Assembly: GCA_030754585.1 (NCBI GenBank)
Contig: JASMAB010000004.1
Span: 1-47,216 of the forward strand
DNA: 47,216 nucleotides
Source of the DNA: Nitrososphaerales archaeon
Lineage (GTDB): Archaea > Thermoproteota > Nitrososphaeria > Nitrososphaerales > JACPRH01
Reading direction: 5' to 3'
Under the pieces are notes generated by a model that was not told where the DNA came from, did no database searches, and was given only the letters and a program-made list of their open reading frames with translations. Shown here piece after piece: positions 29,660 to 39,176 of the stretch. Position 1 is the first letter of the stretch, and each line of letters opens with the position of its first letter. A program made the translations under genes and the position numbers.

Positions 29660-30583
29660 ATGGTAAAAGCATTATTCATTTCGGTTATAGAAGGGTTGAA
29701 TGTTAAACGATTACCATATCTATTTATTATTCCTACAATAGTAGTACTTTTACTGGTTGAAGGCTACCCAATCGTTTATTCTATTTATCTGAGTTTAACT
29801 GAATTCAATCCCGCAACTTCTGAACCTGTATTCATTGGATTGGACAATTATGTGAGAATGGTATCTGATGGAAACTTCTGGATATCTCTTAGAGTTACAT
29901 TACTCTATGTCTTTGGATCAGTGAGCTTAGCTTTTATTTTGGGGTTATCTTTTGCTGTACTTCTCTTTAGAGATTTTGAGTATAGAAAGCGTCTTCAAAC
30001 TGTTTTAATTCTACCTCTTGCTATTTCACCTTTGATAGCTGGGGTCTTCTTTTCACCGGCGGCGATATGGGATGATATCAATGTAGTTCTGAAATTTGTT
30101 CTAGGGCTTCCCATGGTAGATGTACGCAATGCCAATTTTGCTTTCTCATTGATAATTGTAGCTGATGCGTGGCTTTGGGCACCACTTTTTATGCTTGTAT
30201 TTCTGAGCGTACTGCAATCTATTTCCAAGGAGACCTTTGAAGCAGCAGAAATTCATGGAGCATCTTCATTTCAGATTTTTAAACGTGTAACGTTTCCTCT
30301 AATAATTCGGTCACCGGTTACTTTCGTTATAATCACGATCAGAACCATTGATGCATTCAGATCCTTTGAGATACCATTCACTTGGTCAGGATGGATTGGA
30401 GCTGAAAGTCTTGGTTCACCAATAGACACATTGAGTCTATTCATGTATAAGCTGTTACTCTTTCCAACATACGGTACTCCGTTTTCGTATATTGCAACAA
30501 TTGCACTCACGATGTTGGGAATAAGCCTAGCAATAACGGCAGTTCTCATAAAGTTTAGCAACAGTCTCTGGGAGAAGAATTAA
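29660..30583 (+). CDS. Carbohydrate ABC permease, MalF-like
   Basis: 'FIGLDNY' and EAA loop 'FEAAEIHGASSFQIFKRVTFP'. Start may be the TTG at 29696. Confidence 0.9.
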   Translation: MVKALFISVIEGLNVKRLPYLFIIPTIVVLLLVEGYPIVYSIYLSLTEFNPATSEPVFIGLDNYVRMVSDGNFWISLRVTLLYVFGSVSLAFILGLSFAVLLFRDFEYRKRLQTVLILPLAISPLIAGVFFSPAAIWDDINVVLKFVLGLPMVDVRNANFAFSLIIVADAWLWAPLFMLVFLSVLQSISKETFEAAEIHGASSFQIFKRVTFPLIIRSPVTFVIITIRTIDAFRSFEIPFTWSGWIGAESLGSPIDTLSLFMYKLLLFPTYGTPFSYIATIALTMLGISLAITAVLIKFSNSLWEKN

Positions 30584-30586
30584 ACA

Positions 30587-31462
30587 ATGGGTGAAGGATT
30601 TGCACAAACCCTGAAGAAAGGTAGACGATACATTGTTTACATTGTAATACTACTCTGGATACTTTGGCCTATCGCAATCATGATACTTGAGAGCTTCCGT
30701 ATTGACTTAAGCCCATTACTTGCAGGGAGAGGGGTACAATGGGTTGGAGGAGTTCCTTTCTATAGCGGTGGTTTCCGTCCCAGTACAATCAATTATTTTG
30801 AAGCTTTTTCATTCGTCGCATTTCCTAGATTGGTCGTTAATAGCACCATTATTGCTCTAACAAGTGTGATATCATGTATCTTAATAGGCACTCCTGCAGC
30901 TTATGCGCTTGCTCGGTTCACGTTCAGAGGAAAGAGCTTGCTACAATTTTCATTAATGGCTTTGAGAACGATCTCGCCTTTTGCAGTAATAGTGCCCTTC
31001 TATTGGATTTATGGACAGTTGAATCTCTGGAATACATATTATGGTATGATGGTTGTTTATTGGGTGATAAATCTCCCTGTTGTTGTTTGGATGATGCGTG
31101 GTTTCTTTAATGACATACCTAAGAATATTTGGGAGGCTGCAACTGTTTACGGAGCATCTGAATTTAAAATATTTCGAAAAATTGCTCTGCCGTTGGTGGT
31201 ACCAGGCTTGATCGCTACAATAATATTCGCCTTTGTACTAACATGGAATGAATTCCTTTTTTCGTCTATCTTAACTGGTCCAGATACTGGAACGGTTACC
31301 AAAGGAATATGGTTCGGGATGGGGGAGGCTGGTGGGTTTAAAATAGTGGAATGGGACGATATCAATACAGGTGGAGTATTGGCTTTTCTACCGGCGGTGG
31401 CATTAATCTTGGTTATCAGGAGGTATCTTGTTCATGGCTTCACTATGGGTTCATATCGCTAA
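30587..31462 (+). CDS. Carbohydrate ABC permease, MalG-like
   Basis: Motifs 'AAYALARF.F.G', 'WEAATVYGAS' and 'WNEFLF'. Confidence 0.9.
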   Translation: MGEGFAQTLKKGRRYIVYIVILLWILWPIAIMILESFRIDLSPLLAGRGVQWVGGVPFYSGGFRPSTINYFEAFSFVAFPRLVVNSTIIALTSVISCILIGTPAAYALARFTFRGKSLLQFSLMALRTISPFAVIVPFYWIYGQLNLWNTYYGMMVVYWVINLPVVVWMMRGFFNDIPKNIWEAATVYGASEFKIFRKIALPLVVPGLIATIIFAFVLTWNEFLFSSILTGPDTGTVTKGIWFGMGEAGGFKIVEWDDINTGGVLAFLPAVALILVIRRYLVHGFTMGSYR

Positions 31463-32552
31463 TTAATTCAGAATTGTTCGTTCCTAAGAATATATGGGAT
31501 CTATCCCATTCAAATGAGATATACACTTGGTCACCGACCTCAATCTTAAACCCAGGTTTTGTTTTTGCCCTTATTATTGTGTCAACAACTTTCAACGAAA
31601 CTATAAGACTGTCGCCCGTAGGCTCTAGAAGATGAACTTTAGCTTCACAAAAGAGCCCAGATTTTTGGGTTTTACTTATCTCAATATCTTCCGGTCGAAC
31701 TCCTAGAGTAAATTGAGTTCCATCCTTTTGATCTTTTAATTTTTTCATAATATTCAAAGGAGATTGTGGAGTAAAACATGATGCTGCGATAGCTCTAATC
31801 CCCTTCTTATCAATAAGCTTGCAACTAAAGAGATTCATAGGCAGATTCCCTACAAAACTTGCAGACCAGATATCTCTAGGATGCTCATAAATCTGTTCAG
31901 GCGAACCTATCTGGATTAACTTTCCATGCCTCATAAGTGTGATTCTATTTGACATTGTCATAGCTTCAGTCTGATCATGAGTTACAAAGAGAAGAGTAGT
32001 CTTTATATCTCGCTGGAGCTCCTTCAACTCAGCCCGCAGATATGCTCGGGTTTTTGCATCTACATTTGATAGAGGCTCATCCATTAATAATACATCAGGT
32101 TTTCTCACAATTGCTCTTCCTACAGCAACACGTTGTTGTTCACCACCACTCAACGCTTTTGGTTTACGTTCTAAGAGATGTGACAATTGTAGAAGATCTG
32201 CAACTTCTTTGACTCTTTCATTAGTTTTCTCTTCAGGATTTTTTCGGACAACAAGAGGAAATCCTATGTTTTCAGCAACAGTCATATGCGGGAAAAGAGC
32301 ATAGCTCTGAAAGACCATAGCCACATTTCTATCTCTCGGAGGTACTTCATTGACCACCTTATCGTTAAAGAGAATTCGCCCCTCTGAGACAGGTTCTAAC
32401 CCAGCTATTAATCGAAGCAAAGTGGTTTTTCCGCAGCCTGAAGGACCAAGTATAGACATGAATTCTTCATTGTTTACCTCCAAGTTGAATTTATCAACAG
32501 CTGTTGTTCCGTTGAAGTGTTTACTGACGCCATCAAGAACAACCTTAACCAT
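31443..32552 (-). CDS. Carbohydrate ABC ATPase, MalK-like, with TOBE domain
   Basis: Motifs GPSGCGKT, VFQSYALFPHM, LSGGEQQR, DEPLSN and LGVRPE. Convergent 20-nt overlap with the permease gene. Confidence 0.93.
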   Translation of the reverse strand: MVKVVLDGVSKHFNGTTAVDKFNLEVNNEEFMSILGPSGCGKTTLLRLIAGLEPVSEGRILFNDKVVNEVPPRDRNVAMVFQSYALFPHMTVAENIGFPLVVRKNPEEKTNERVKEVADLLQLSHLLERKPKALSGGEQQRVAVGRAIVRKPDVLLMDEPLSNVDAKTRAYLRAELKELQRDIKTTLLFVTHDQTEAMTMSNRITLMRHGKLIQIGSPEQIYEHPRDIWSASFVGNLPMNLFSCKLIDKKGIRAIAASCFTPQSPLNIMKKLKDQKDGTQFTLGVRPEDIEISKTQKSGLFCEAKVHLLEPTGDSLIVSLKVVDTIIRAKTKPGFKIEVGDQVYISFEWDRSHIFLGTNNSELISDMNP

Positions 32553-32609
32553 TTATCCAATACTTCCTATTTTTTATCATAAGAATACATAATATAGAAA
32601 TACTGCATT

Positions 32610-33068
32610 TTATGGTTTTACGATAACTACACCCCTTTCAACGGAGTGATCTACTAACTGGTTGATAGTTTCCCCACGGAAATCAACGTAGGTGTATGTT
32701 TCCTCGGGGCGTACATCTCTGAAAACGAATGTTCCAGCTTTTGTGGGTGTGAACTCTATGGAGGTAGATTCGAATGGAGCGATAGACTCGGTTTCAATAT
32801 TCAATTCAGGTATTGAGAATTGGTGCGATTCTATATCATCATTATTCACAAAAACGAGTGTAACAGGTACACCCACAGTGAATATGAGAGTATCAGGCTC
32901 CATGCTTCGCTGCTCATTTTGAAGCATTATTCCTCCTTCAACTGGCGGATTTGTTGTTATCAGCCGGACAATAACAGCTGTATTTGAGCCTCCAAAGAAG
33001 AAGTATCCTACACTTAAAGCCATAATTATAGTAACAACAGCTGCAATTATCTGTATTTTTTTATCCAA
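32610..33068 (-). CDS. Membrane-anchored cupredoxin-fold protein lacking Cys
   Basis: N-terminal TM and cupredoxin pattern 'EPDTL...G.PVTL...N.D...HQFSIP...IAP..ST.IEFTP.KAGTF.F'. The protein contains no Cys. Confidence 0.75.
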   Translation of the reverse strand: MDKKIQIIAAVVTIIMALSVGYFFFGGSNTAVIVRLITTNPPVEGGIMLQNEQRSMEPDTLIFTVGVPVTLVFVNNDDIESHQFSIPELNIETESIAPFESTSIEFTPTKAGTFVFRDVRPEETYTYVDFRGETINQLVDHSVERGVVIVKP

Positions 33069-33539
33069 AGTTAAAGGATGTATGAATACTGTGTGTAAAT
33101 AATTCTTTCGCTTGTTGAAAGTGAATTATTCTTCTGAATATACTTAGACTTTTATGAGTTTTAAGGCTCTTTAGTGTTGAAAAGATGAGTGTGTATTCCA
33201 ATAATGTGTAGAACTATTGATTAGCTATTGCGATCCTTGGGGAAAAATGTGGTGTAGGAATGTGGATCCTACACCCCCCAGGGGAATTTATGGATGTTCT
33301 GGGCAAGACTTCCACAATTTTAACATTACCGCATTTGGTCAATGAACAAATTGAATATATACGGGTCCCCTAAGTAAGATAATATTAACTCCCTGCATAT
33401 AATGATTTTCGCTAGCGAATATTTTCATTATAAAAATATGGCTGTACGCTCTAATCCAAGTAATATCAGAAGCTAGCAAGAATGACTACAATACTTTACA
33501 TTTCCAGTAATAGAATTCTTAGATTTTTTTAGAAGACTT

Positions 33540-34214
33540 CTACTCGCCTACAACTATTATTCCTGATTCGATGCAGGAAGGCGATAATGATTCTTCAAAC
33601 TCTTCTACTGCTTCTTCTAATATTATAGATAATTCCAAGACAGAGTCCATTGTTGATACGTCCTCCAATTCCTTTATTACTTCTATAATATCATCAGGTG
33701 CTACTACTTCATATTGTATCATCAATCCGCTAAGTTGAGTTACCACACTTTTTACTTCATCGATAGTTTTTGCCTCTATCAATTTTTCCGTTTCTCTTTC
33801 TAGGTTGAATGAGAGGTCTCTCCTCGATACTTCTTCTGGTGGAGCCTTTTCGCAACCTAATAATGATTCTGGAGTGTTGAATAAGAATTCTCCTACCTCA
33901 TCGAACTTAATGTTTATGGTTATCTGTTGATTAACAGGAGGTATTGGGTCGGTTAATATTTCAAGATCTGGAATTGAGAGTCTATGCTCGAATTCATCAT
34001 CCCCGTTTACTATTGTCAACTTTACATTGTCGCCTTTCTTTACATTGATTTCTTGTGGAATCCATGCTTCTTCACCTTCACTGACTTCTGATAGTGTCAG
34101 TGTAATTTCTTTGCTTGTGGTTTCTTGGTTTCCATTCGAGAAGTAAGTGAATCCTAAAATGGTGATAAGAATAGCGATAGATACAACAATAAGAGCGGTT
34201 GTTCTGGAATTCAA
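33540..34214 (-). CDS. Membrane-anchored cupredoxin-fold protein with a large acidic helical insert
   Basis: Cupredoxin pattern 'W.PQEINVKKGDNVKLTIVN.D...H.LSIP...F.EVGEF.F'. TTG start at 34214 follows an AGGGGG SD-like motif; the ORF track starts at 34262. Confidence 0.72.
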   Translation of the reverse strand: MNSRTTALIVVSIAILITILGFTYFSNGNQETTSKEITLTLSEVSEGEEAWIPQEINVKKGDNVKLTIVNGDDEFEHRLSIPDLEILTDPIPPVNQQITINIKFDEVGEFLFNTPESLLGCEKAPPEEVSRRDLSFNLERETEKLIEAKTIDEVKSVVTQLSGLMIQYEVVAPDDIIEVIKELEDVSTMDSVLELSIILEEAVEEFEESLSPSCIESGIIVVGE

Positions 34215-34348
34215 TTCGTCAATTCCCCCTCTTTTGATATATATAAAAATATATTCATTCATCCAGCTATTTCATATAATTGTAATATGAAGGGTGAAAA
34301 AGTATGTGAACTCTTCAATTAAGAATAAATGAATTATTCCATTTATTC

Positions 34349-34362
34349 AAAAAGTTTAATTA
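34349..34362 (+). promoter_or_regulatory. BRE plus TATA promoter of the second malK-like gene
   Basis: AAAAAG-TTTAATTA ends ~25 nt before the TTG at 34388. Confidence 0.5.
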
Positions 34363-34387
34363 ATCACAGAAAGGTAGCCAAATTAAA

Positions 34388-35470
34388 TTGGCGACGGTTT
34401 CTATTCAAAATATTACGAAATATTATGGTGACATACGAGCAGTAGATGGTGTTAATCTGGATGTTAAGGATAAAGAGTTTCTAACGATCCTTGGTCCTTC
34501 AGGCTGCGGAAAAACCACTTTGCTTCGCCTTCTTGCAGGATTAGAGGCTCCCACTAAGGGCGACATATTGGTTGATGGTATTTCAATTATTGATATTCCT
34601 ACACGAGAAAGAGATGTTGCAATGGTCTTTCAGAGTTACTCATTATATAATCATATGACGGTTTATGATAACATTGCTTTTCCATTAAAGATGCGAAAAC
34701 TATCTGCGCAAGATATTGAATCTAAGGTTAAGGCTGCATCAGAACTTCTTGAATTGCAGGATGTCTTGAAGCGTAAACCAGGTAAGCTAAGTGGAGGAGA
34801 GCAACAACGAGTAGCTCTTGGGAGATCTATAGTTAGAGAACCTAAAGTTTTCCTAATGGATGAACCTCTGACCTTTCTAGATCCAAAGATTAGAACCCAA
34901 ATGAGAATAGAAATCAAGAGTTTGCAGCGTAAATTGGGAGTAACAACTATCTATGTTACTCATGATCAAGTCGAAGCTATGACAATGTCAGACAGGATAG
35001 GTCTATTAGATAAAGGAATTCTCCAACAGGTTGGCACTCCAAGTGAGGTTTATCGTAAACCTACAAATACATTCGTGGGAAGTTTTCTTGGTTCCCCAGC
35101 GATAAATTTTATGAATTGTAGTTATTTGGAGAAGGATGGTAAAGTGTTTCTTGATGCAGATTATGTTAAGATTGATGTTACTTATTTGAAAGAACTAATT
35201 GGGAAAAAAAATGGTAGCGAACTTATTTTAGGGGTTAGGCCAGAAGAAATAGCAATAGTAAAAGAGAAATCTGCAGATTCAATCGAAGCAGAGGTATTTA
35301 TGACTGAACCTCTCGGCTCAGAGATAATAGTAATTCTGAAAATAGGTGAAAATATCGTAAGAGCCAAAGTAGAACCTGGAACCATTATCAAGATTGGTGA
35401 CAAAGTAAATCTCAATATTAACAAAAAGAAGATTCACATATTCAACAAATCTGGTGAAGCCATCTGTTAG
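34388..35470 (+). CDS. Carbohydrate ABC ATPase, MalK-like (second copy)
   Basis: Motifs GPSGCGKT, LSGGEQQR, DEPLTFLD, THDQVEAM and LGVRPE. Confidence 0.93.
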   Translation: MATVSIQNITKYYGDIRAVDGVNLDVKDKEFLTILGPSGCGKTTLLRLLAGLEAPTKGDILVDGISIIDIPTRERDVAMVFQSYSLYNHMTVYDNIAFPLKMRKLSAQDIESKVKAASELLELQDVLKRKPGKLSGGEQQRVALGRSIVREPKVFLMDEPLTFLDPKIRTQMRIEIKSLQRKLGVTTIYVTHDQVEAMTMSDRIGLLDKGILQQVGTPSEVYRKPTNTFVGSFLGSPAINFMNCSYLEKDGKVFLDADYVKIDVTYLKELIGKKNGSELILGVRPEEIAIVKEKSADSIEAEVFMTEPLGSEIIVILKIGENIVRAKVEPGTIIKIGDKVNLNINKKKIHIFNKSGEAIC

Positions 35471-35484
35471 TATTAACGTTTACA

Positions 35485-36276
35485 TCATAAGTTTTCATCT
35501 AAATATCTTAGAAGGTCACCAAAGGCTCGTAGGTCTCTATGTAATAGGGAAAGACCTGCAGCACGTACTGCTGGACTTTCTGGTCTGTAGAGCCTAACCA
35601 TCTTTGGTTCTTCTGCCTGATCTATCAATGGTTGGATATTGATTCGTTGTGTATCTAGAAATTGGAAGAGAATAGAATGGGGTTTGAAGTTATCTTCACC
35701 CAATAATGGAGGGACATTTGGGTCATCTAAACCTCCAGAAATACCCTTTCCTAGGAGGATGGAGTCAATCTCAACAGCAGGGGAAATTACAATTGACACC
35801 TTGATTTCATCGATGTAAGCTGATGCTGCATACGCAATTGTTCCACCAAGCTGACCCCCAACAATACCTATACTATCAGATTGCACATCAGGATTGTTTA
35901 ACAACCAAGAAACTGCTCCTTCAACATCTTTAATGATTACATCATAGAAGTCACCTGATTTTGGTACATTTTGACTGCTTCCAAATCCTCTTATATCATA
36001 AGATAGAGCTGCATATCCTCTTTCTATGAAACCTGATATGAAGGGGTCCCAATCATGTCTATCTCCATTGAATTCATGAACCAAGATTACTGTTTTGAAA
36101 GGTGTTTGTCCCTTAAGGGGTGTATACCATGTGGCACTAATCATTTTATTATCCGGGGTTAAAAATGATACTTCTTCAGAGAAATAATTAAGTTCCTCAC
36201 TTGGATTAATGAGTATCCATCCAATTATGGCGAAAGAAGCTACCAACGCTATCAAGAAATAGGTTTGCTTCATCAA
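35485..36276 (-). CDS. Membrane-anchored alpha/beta-hydrolase-fold protein with Ser-to-Gln change at the nucleophile elbow
   Basis: Motifs 'VILVHEF' and 'GYAALSYDIRGFGSS', elbow 'IGIVGGQLGG' and an N-terminal TM. Confidence 0.8.
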   Translation of the reverse strand: MMKQTYFLIALVASFAIIGWILINPSEELNYFSEEVSFLTPDNKMISATWYTPLKGQTPFKTVILVHEFNGDRHDWDPFISGFIERGYAALSYDIRGFGSSQNVPKSGDFYDVIIKDVEGAVSWLLNNPDVQSDSIGIVGGQLGGTIAYAASAYIDEIKVSIVISPAVEIDSILLGKGISGGLDDPNVPPLLGEDNFKPHSILFQFLDTQRINIQPLIDQAEEPKMVRLYRPESPAVRAAGLSLLHRDLRAFGDLLRYLDENL

Positions 36277-36321
36277 AGTGATTGTTTAGAGTACCATGAT
36301 GGTTTTTAACTTCTTCGTTAA

Positions 36322-36615
36322 TTATACTATTAATAATGGTGAAAGAAATATTGTCAATAGAAGTACCAAGATGGAGAAACCTAAAATTGATACTGCCTTA
36401 ATTATAGCCTTTCCAGTATTTTCCTCTTCTGGAATTATGCTTCCTAAAAAGTAAGTTATTGCACCTATAACCAGTATGTAAAATCCGTAAGTATAAAGTA
36501 ATAATGTAAATGGTTGCAGGATAGATACTAGCCCCGTTAGGGAAATAAATAAGCCAACCTGCTCTATCCTCAGCTTAAAATTTATCAAATTTGAATTGCC
36601 AATTTCTTTAGCCAA
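36322..36615 (-). CDS. Small three-TM membrane protein in the ABC operon
   Basis: Hydrophobic with a 'QPF...Y.YGF' motif; begins 3 nt after the permease stop. Confidence 0.7.
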   Translation of the reverse strand: MAKEIGNSNLINFKLRIEQVGLFISLTGLVSILQPFTLLLYTYGFYILVIGAITYFLGSIIPEEENTGKAIIKAVSILGFSILVLLLTIFLSPLLIV

Positions 36616-36618
36616 CGC

Positions 36619-37506
36619 TTAATCTACCTCCTTATTTATTGTTCCAGCCGAGAAACCGAGTAGTAGATAACGTTGAATTAGGAATGCAAAAATGAATGAA
36701 GGAAGCATGTGAACTATCGACATAGATGTCAGTGGTCCTGGTGTAAGTACACCTACTCTAAGCAGGTCGTCGAAGAAATCAGCCAAGAAAACGAATGTTG
36801 ATGCATTAGTTTGAGTGAGTGTAAGTGTAAAAATAAAGTCATTCCAAGCTATTGTGAACGCAAATATCGCAGCCACTGCTAATCCAACTCTTAATTGGGG
36901 TAGTGTAATCCTGAAAAGAACATCAAGAGTGGATGCACCATCTACTTTCGCAGCCTCTTCGATAGTCTTTGAAAAATTATTAAAGAAGTTTCGTAATATC
37001 CAGACTGTAAGAGGGAGTGCAAATGTTGCATAGATTAATGAGAGCCCAAGATGTGTATCTTGTAGACCTAGATTTTGAAACATAATGAAGAGAGCAGGTG
37101 TAAAGACAATAGGTGTAACTGTATGAATAGTGAGCATTAATGCGAGAAGTGCTGTTCCACCCATAATCTTGAATTTTGAAAGAGAATAAGCTAATAATAA
37201 TCCTACACTTAGAGCAATTGTAGTGCTGAATAATGTAATTATTATGCTATTTCCAAGATATCGTGGGAATTGACTTGCTATTCCGGCAAATATTGGTTCA
37301 TTAGTATATGGGTCTATGACTTCTGCACCAAATTGGTAGTTCTGCAATGTGGGTGTAAAGAGAAAAACTGGAGTTTGGGAAAGTGTAGCTTCTGTGGGTT
37401 TAACGGATGTTAGAGCTATCCAAAATAATGGAAATAAGATTATAATTAACCAAATTGCGATAATTATGAATCGAAGATTCTTTATCTTGAAATATGAGTT
37501 ACTCAT
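36619..37506 (-). CDS. Carbohydrate ABC permease, MalG-like (second copy)
   Basis: Motifs 'FPLFWIALTSVK', 'IEEAAKVDGAS' and 'WNDFIF'. Confidence 0.9.
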   Translation of the reverse strand: MSNSYFKIKNLRFIIIAIWLIIILFPLFWIALTSVKPTEATLSQTPVFLFTPTLQNYQFGAEVIDPYTNEPIFAGIASQFPRYLGNSIIITLFSTTIALSVGLLLAYSLSKFKIMGGTALLALMLTIHTVTPIVFTPALFIMFQNLGLQDTHLGLSLIYATFALPLTVWILRNFFNNFSKTIEEAAKVDGASTLDVLFRITLPQLRVGLAVAAIFAFTIAWNDFIFTLTLTQTNASTFVFLADFFDDLLRVGVLTPGPLTSMSIVHMLPSFIFAFLIQRYLLLGFSAGTINKEVD

Positions 37507-38419
37507 GTTTTTCTATCCTCTTCAAATATCTAAGATACGTATATACTAAAACTAATGACATTACTACCATAATTATTGCAGTCGCCATCATTTCACTGCT
37601 TTTGAATGCGCGAAATGCTAAAGCGTATAGATATGAAGGCAACATGTCAATACCCAAAGGATCAGGTCCTACTGGTGGAGGCACTTCAAGAAATTCTCGT
37701 ATTACTTCCCAAGTCCTAAAAGAATCTGCAAGCCTGAAGATAACTGCAAGTAACATGAAGGGACGAGCGTATGGAAATATTACATATCTGAATCTGGCCC
37801 ACCACCCAGCTCCATCCACATCAGATGATTCTAATACAGATTTAGGTACTGATGATAATCCTCCAATTATCATTAGCATTATAAATGGTGTCCAAGTCCA
37901 AACGTCAACCGACACTACTGAGAAAAATGCATCTTTCCCATATCCTTCATATGGAATTGCTAATAATTTCATCAAATAATTAACGAAACCAATATCAGGT
38001 CGAAACATAACCATTTTGAAGACCATAGCTGTTATTTCTGGTGCAATCATCATTGGGAGGACACATAATGTAAGGATCAGTCTGCGCCCTCGAAAATGTT
38101 CGAACAGCAACATGGCCAGCATTAGGCCAAAAAGAAACTCTATTGTCACAGCTGTTACTGAGAATTTAGCCGTATTCTGAAAACGGAGCCATATATCCGG
38201 ATGAGTCATCAATATCTCATAGTTTTGTAAGCCAATGAAGTCAGGAGTCCTTCCGAATATTGAAACCGAATAATCATAGAAACTCATTCCAAATGTCCAT
38301 AAATATGGTATGATTGCAAAAACTGTAAGTAAGATAAGAGCCGGTAAAACAAATAACCACTTCAAATATTTGTCTTTAATATCGAATGTAACTGCCAATT
38401 GTTTTACACCAAAGTCCAT
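37499..38419 (-). CDS. Carbohydrate ABC permease, MalF-like (second copy)
   Basis: Motifs 'FIGLQNY', 'VDVWTWTPF' and 'LESSDVDGAG.W.RFRY'. Confidence 0.9.
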   Translation of the reverse strand: MDFGVKQLAVTFDIKDKYLKWLFVLPALILLTVFAIIPYLWTFGMSFYDYSVSIFGRTPDFIGLQNYEILMTHPDIWLRFQNTAKFSVTAVTIEFLFGLMLAMLLFEHFRGRRLILTLCVLPMMIAPEITAMVFKMVMFRPDIGFVNYLMKLLAIPYEGYGKDAFFSVVSVDVWTWTPFIMLMIIGGLSSVPKSVLESSDVDGAGWWARFRYVIFPYARPFMLLAVIFRLADSFRTWEVIREFLEVPPPVGPDPLGIDMLPSYLYALAFRAFKSSEMMATAIIMVVMSLVLVYTYLRYLKRIEKHE

Positions 38420-38642
38420 TCATTTCATACTAGATATATATATTCTATATCTTTAATTATTTGATAGATAAGAGACGTTTTAAGAGAGACTTCTGTTTTT
38501 AGTTTAAGGCCTATTTTTTTCTCTTTTTTGATATATGATGAGATTATTTGTTTTATCTTTGTTCGATCTAGTTGTCCCAATAAGTTTTCTGATTCAAGGA
38601 GTATTTAAAATCAACAAACTGGTACCATCTAACAAACCTAAA

Positions 38643-39121
38643 CTGGATAAATGTTCTAAGAGAATCTTATTGAATTCAGTACTTTTAGAGATTGGTTCGT
38701 AGATAGATATCAGATTTGAAGAAGTAATCTCCCTTTTCTTTTATATCTCTATCAATAATAATGACTGTACACTTTTGTGATGCATGTTCAAGAATCTGTC
38801 AAGCAAATAAAATACAGCAAGTTCCTGTTGATTCACCTGAAGAACTTATTTTTTGGCCTCAAAGATGTGTAGATTGCTATGCATGTAAAATATTATGTCC
38901 TGAAGATGTTCTTGCCATAAAGAGAAGATTCATTCCAAAAATTATTGGTAACATAAAAGATGTTAAAATAAAAGATTCAATCGCCACCTGTGAGAAATAT
39001 GGTGATTCAATAGGGTCATATCAAAATATCTAGAAAATTAAAAAAAATACTGGTAAAAGAAGGCAATGTCCATTTGACCAATATGTTTTATCTGTGTAGA
39101 AATTGCAAAGGTCTTCTCTAA
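38643..39121 (+). pseudogene. Decayed multi-4Fe-4S (polyferredoxin-like) gene
   Basis: Removing one T from the run near 38773 restores CTLCDACSRIC. Downstream are CVDCYACKILCP, a degenerate CEKYG and an off-frame C-terminal LCRNCK. In-frame TAG stops at 38700 and 39031. Confidence 0.75.
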
Positions 39122-39176
39122 TGATAATTAAATTCGATTAATGAACATCCGTTATAGTTTATCTAGGAATAACAAG

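Noticed and set aside
15257-39121. Amber (TAG) recoding or pyrrolysine, suggested by in-frame TAGs in three decayed genes
   Set aside because: Many intact genes end in TAG (for example the asnB-like gene, hisS, the SBP and the second malK). The same loci also carry frameshifts or truncations, and no pyl genes are visible.
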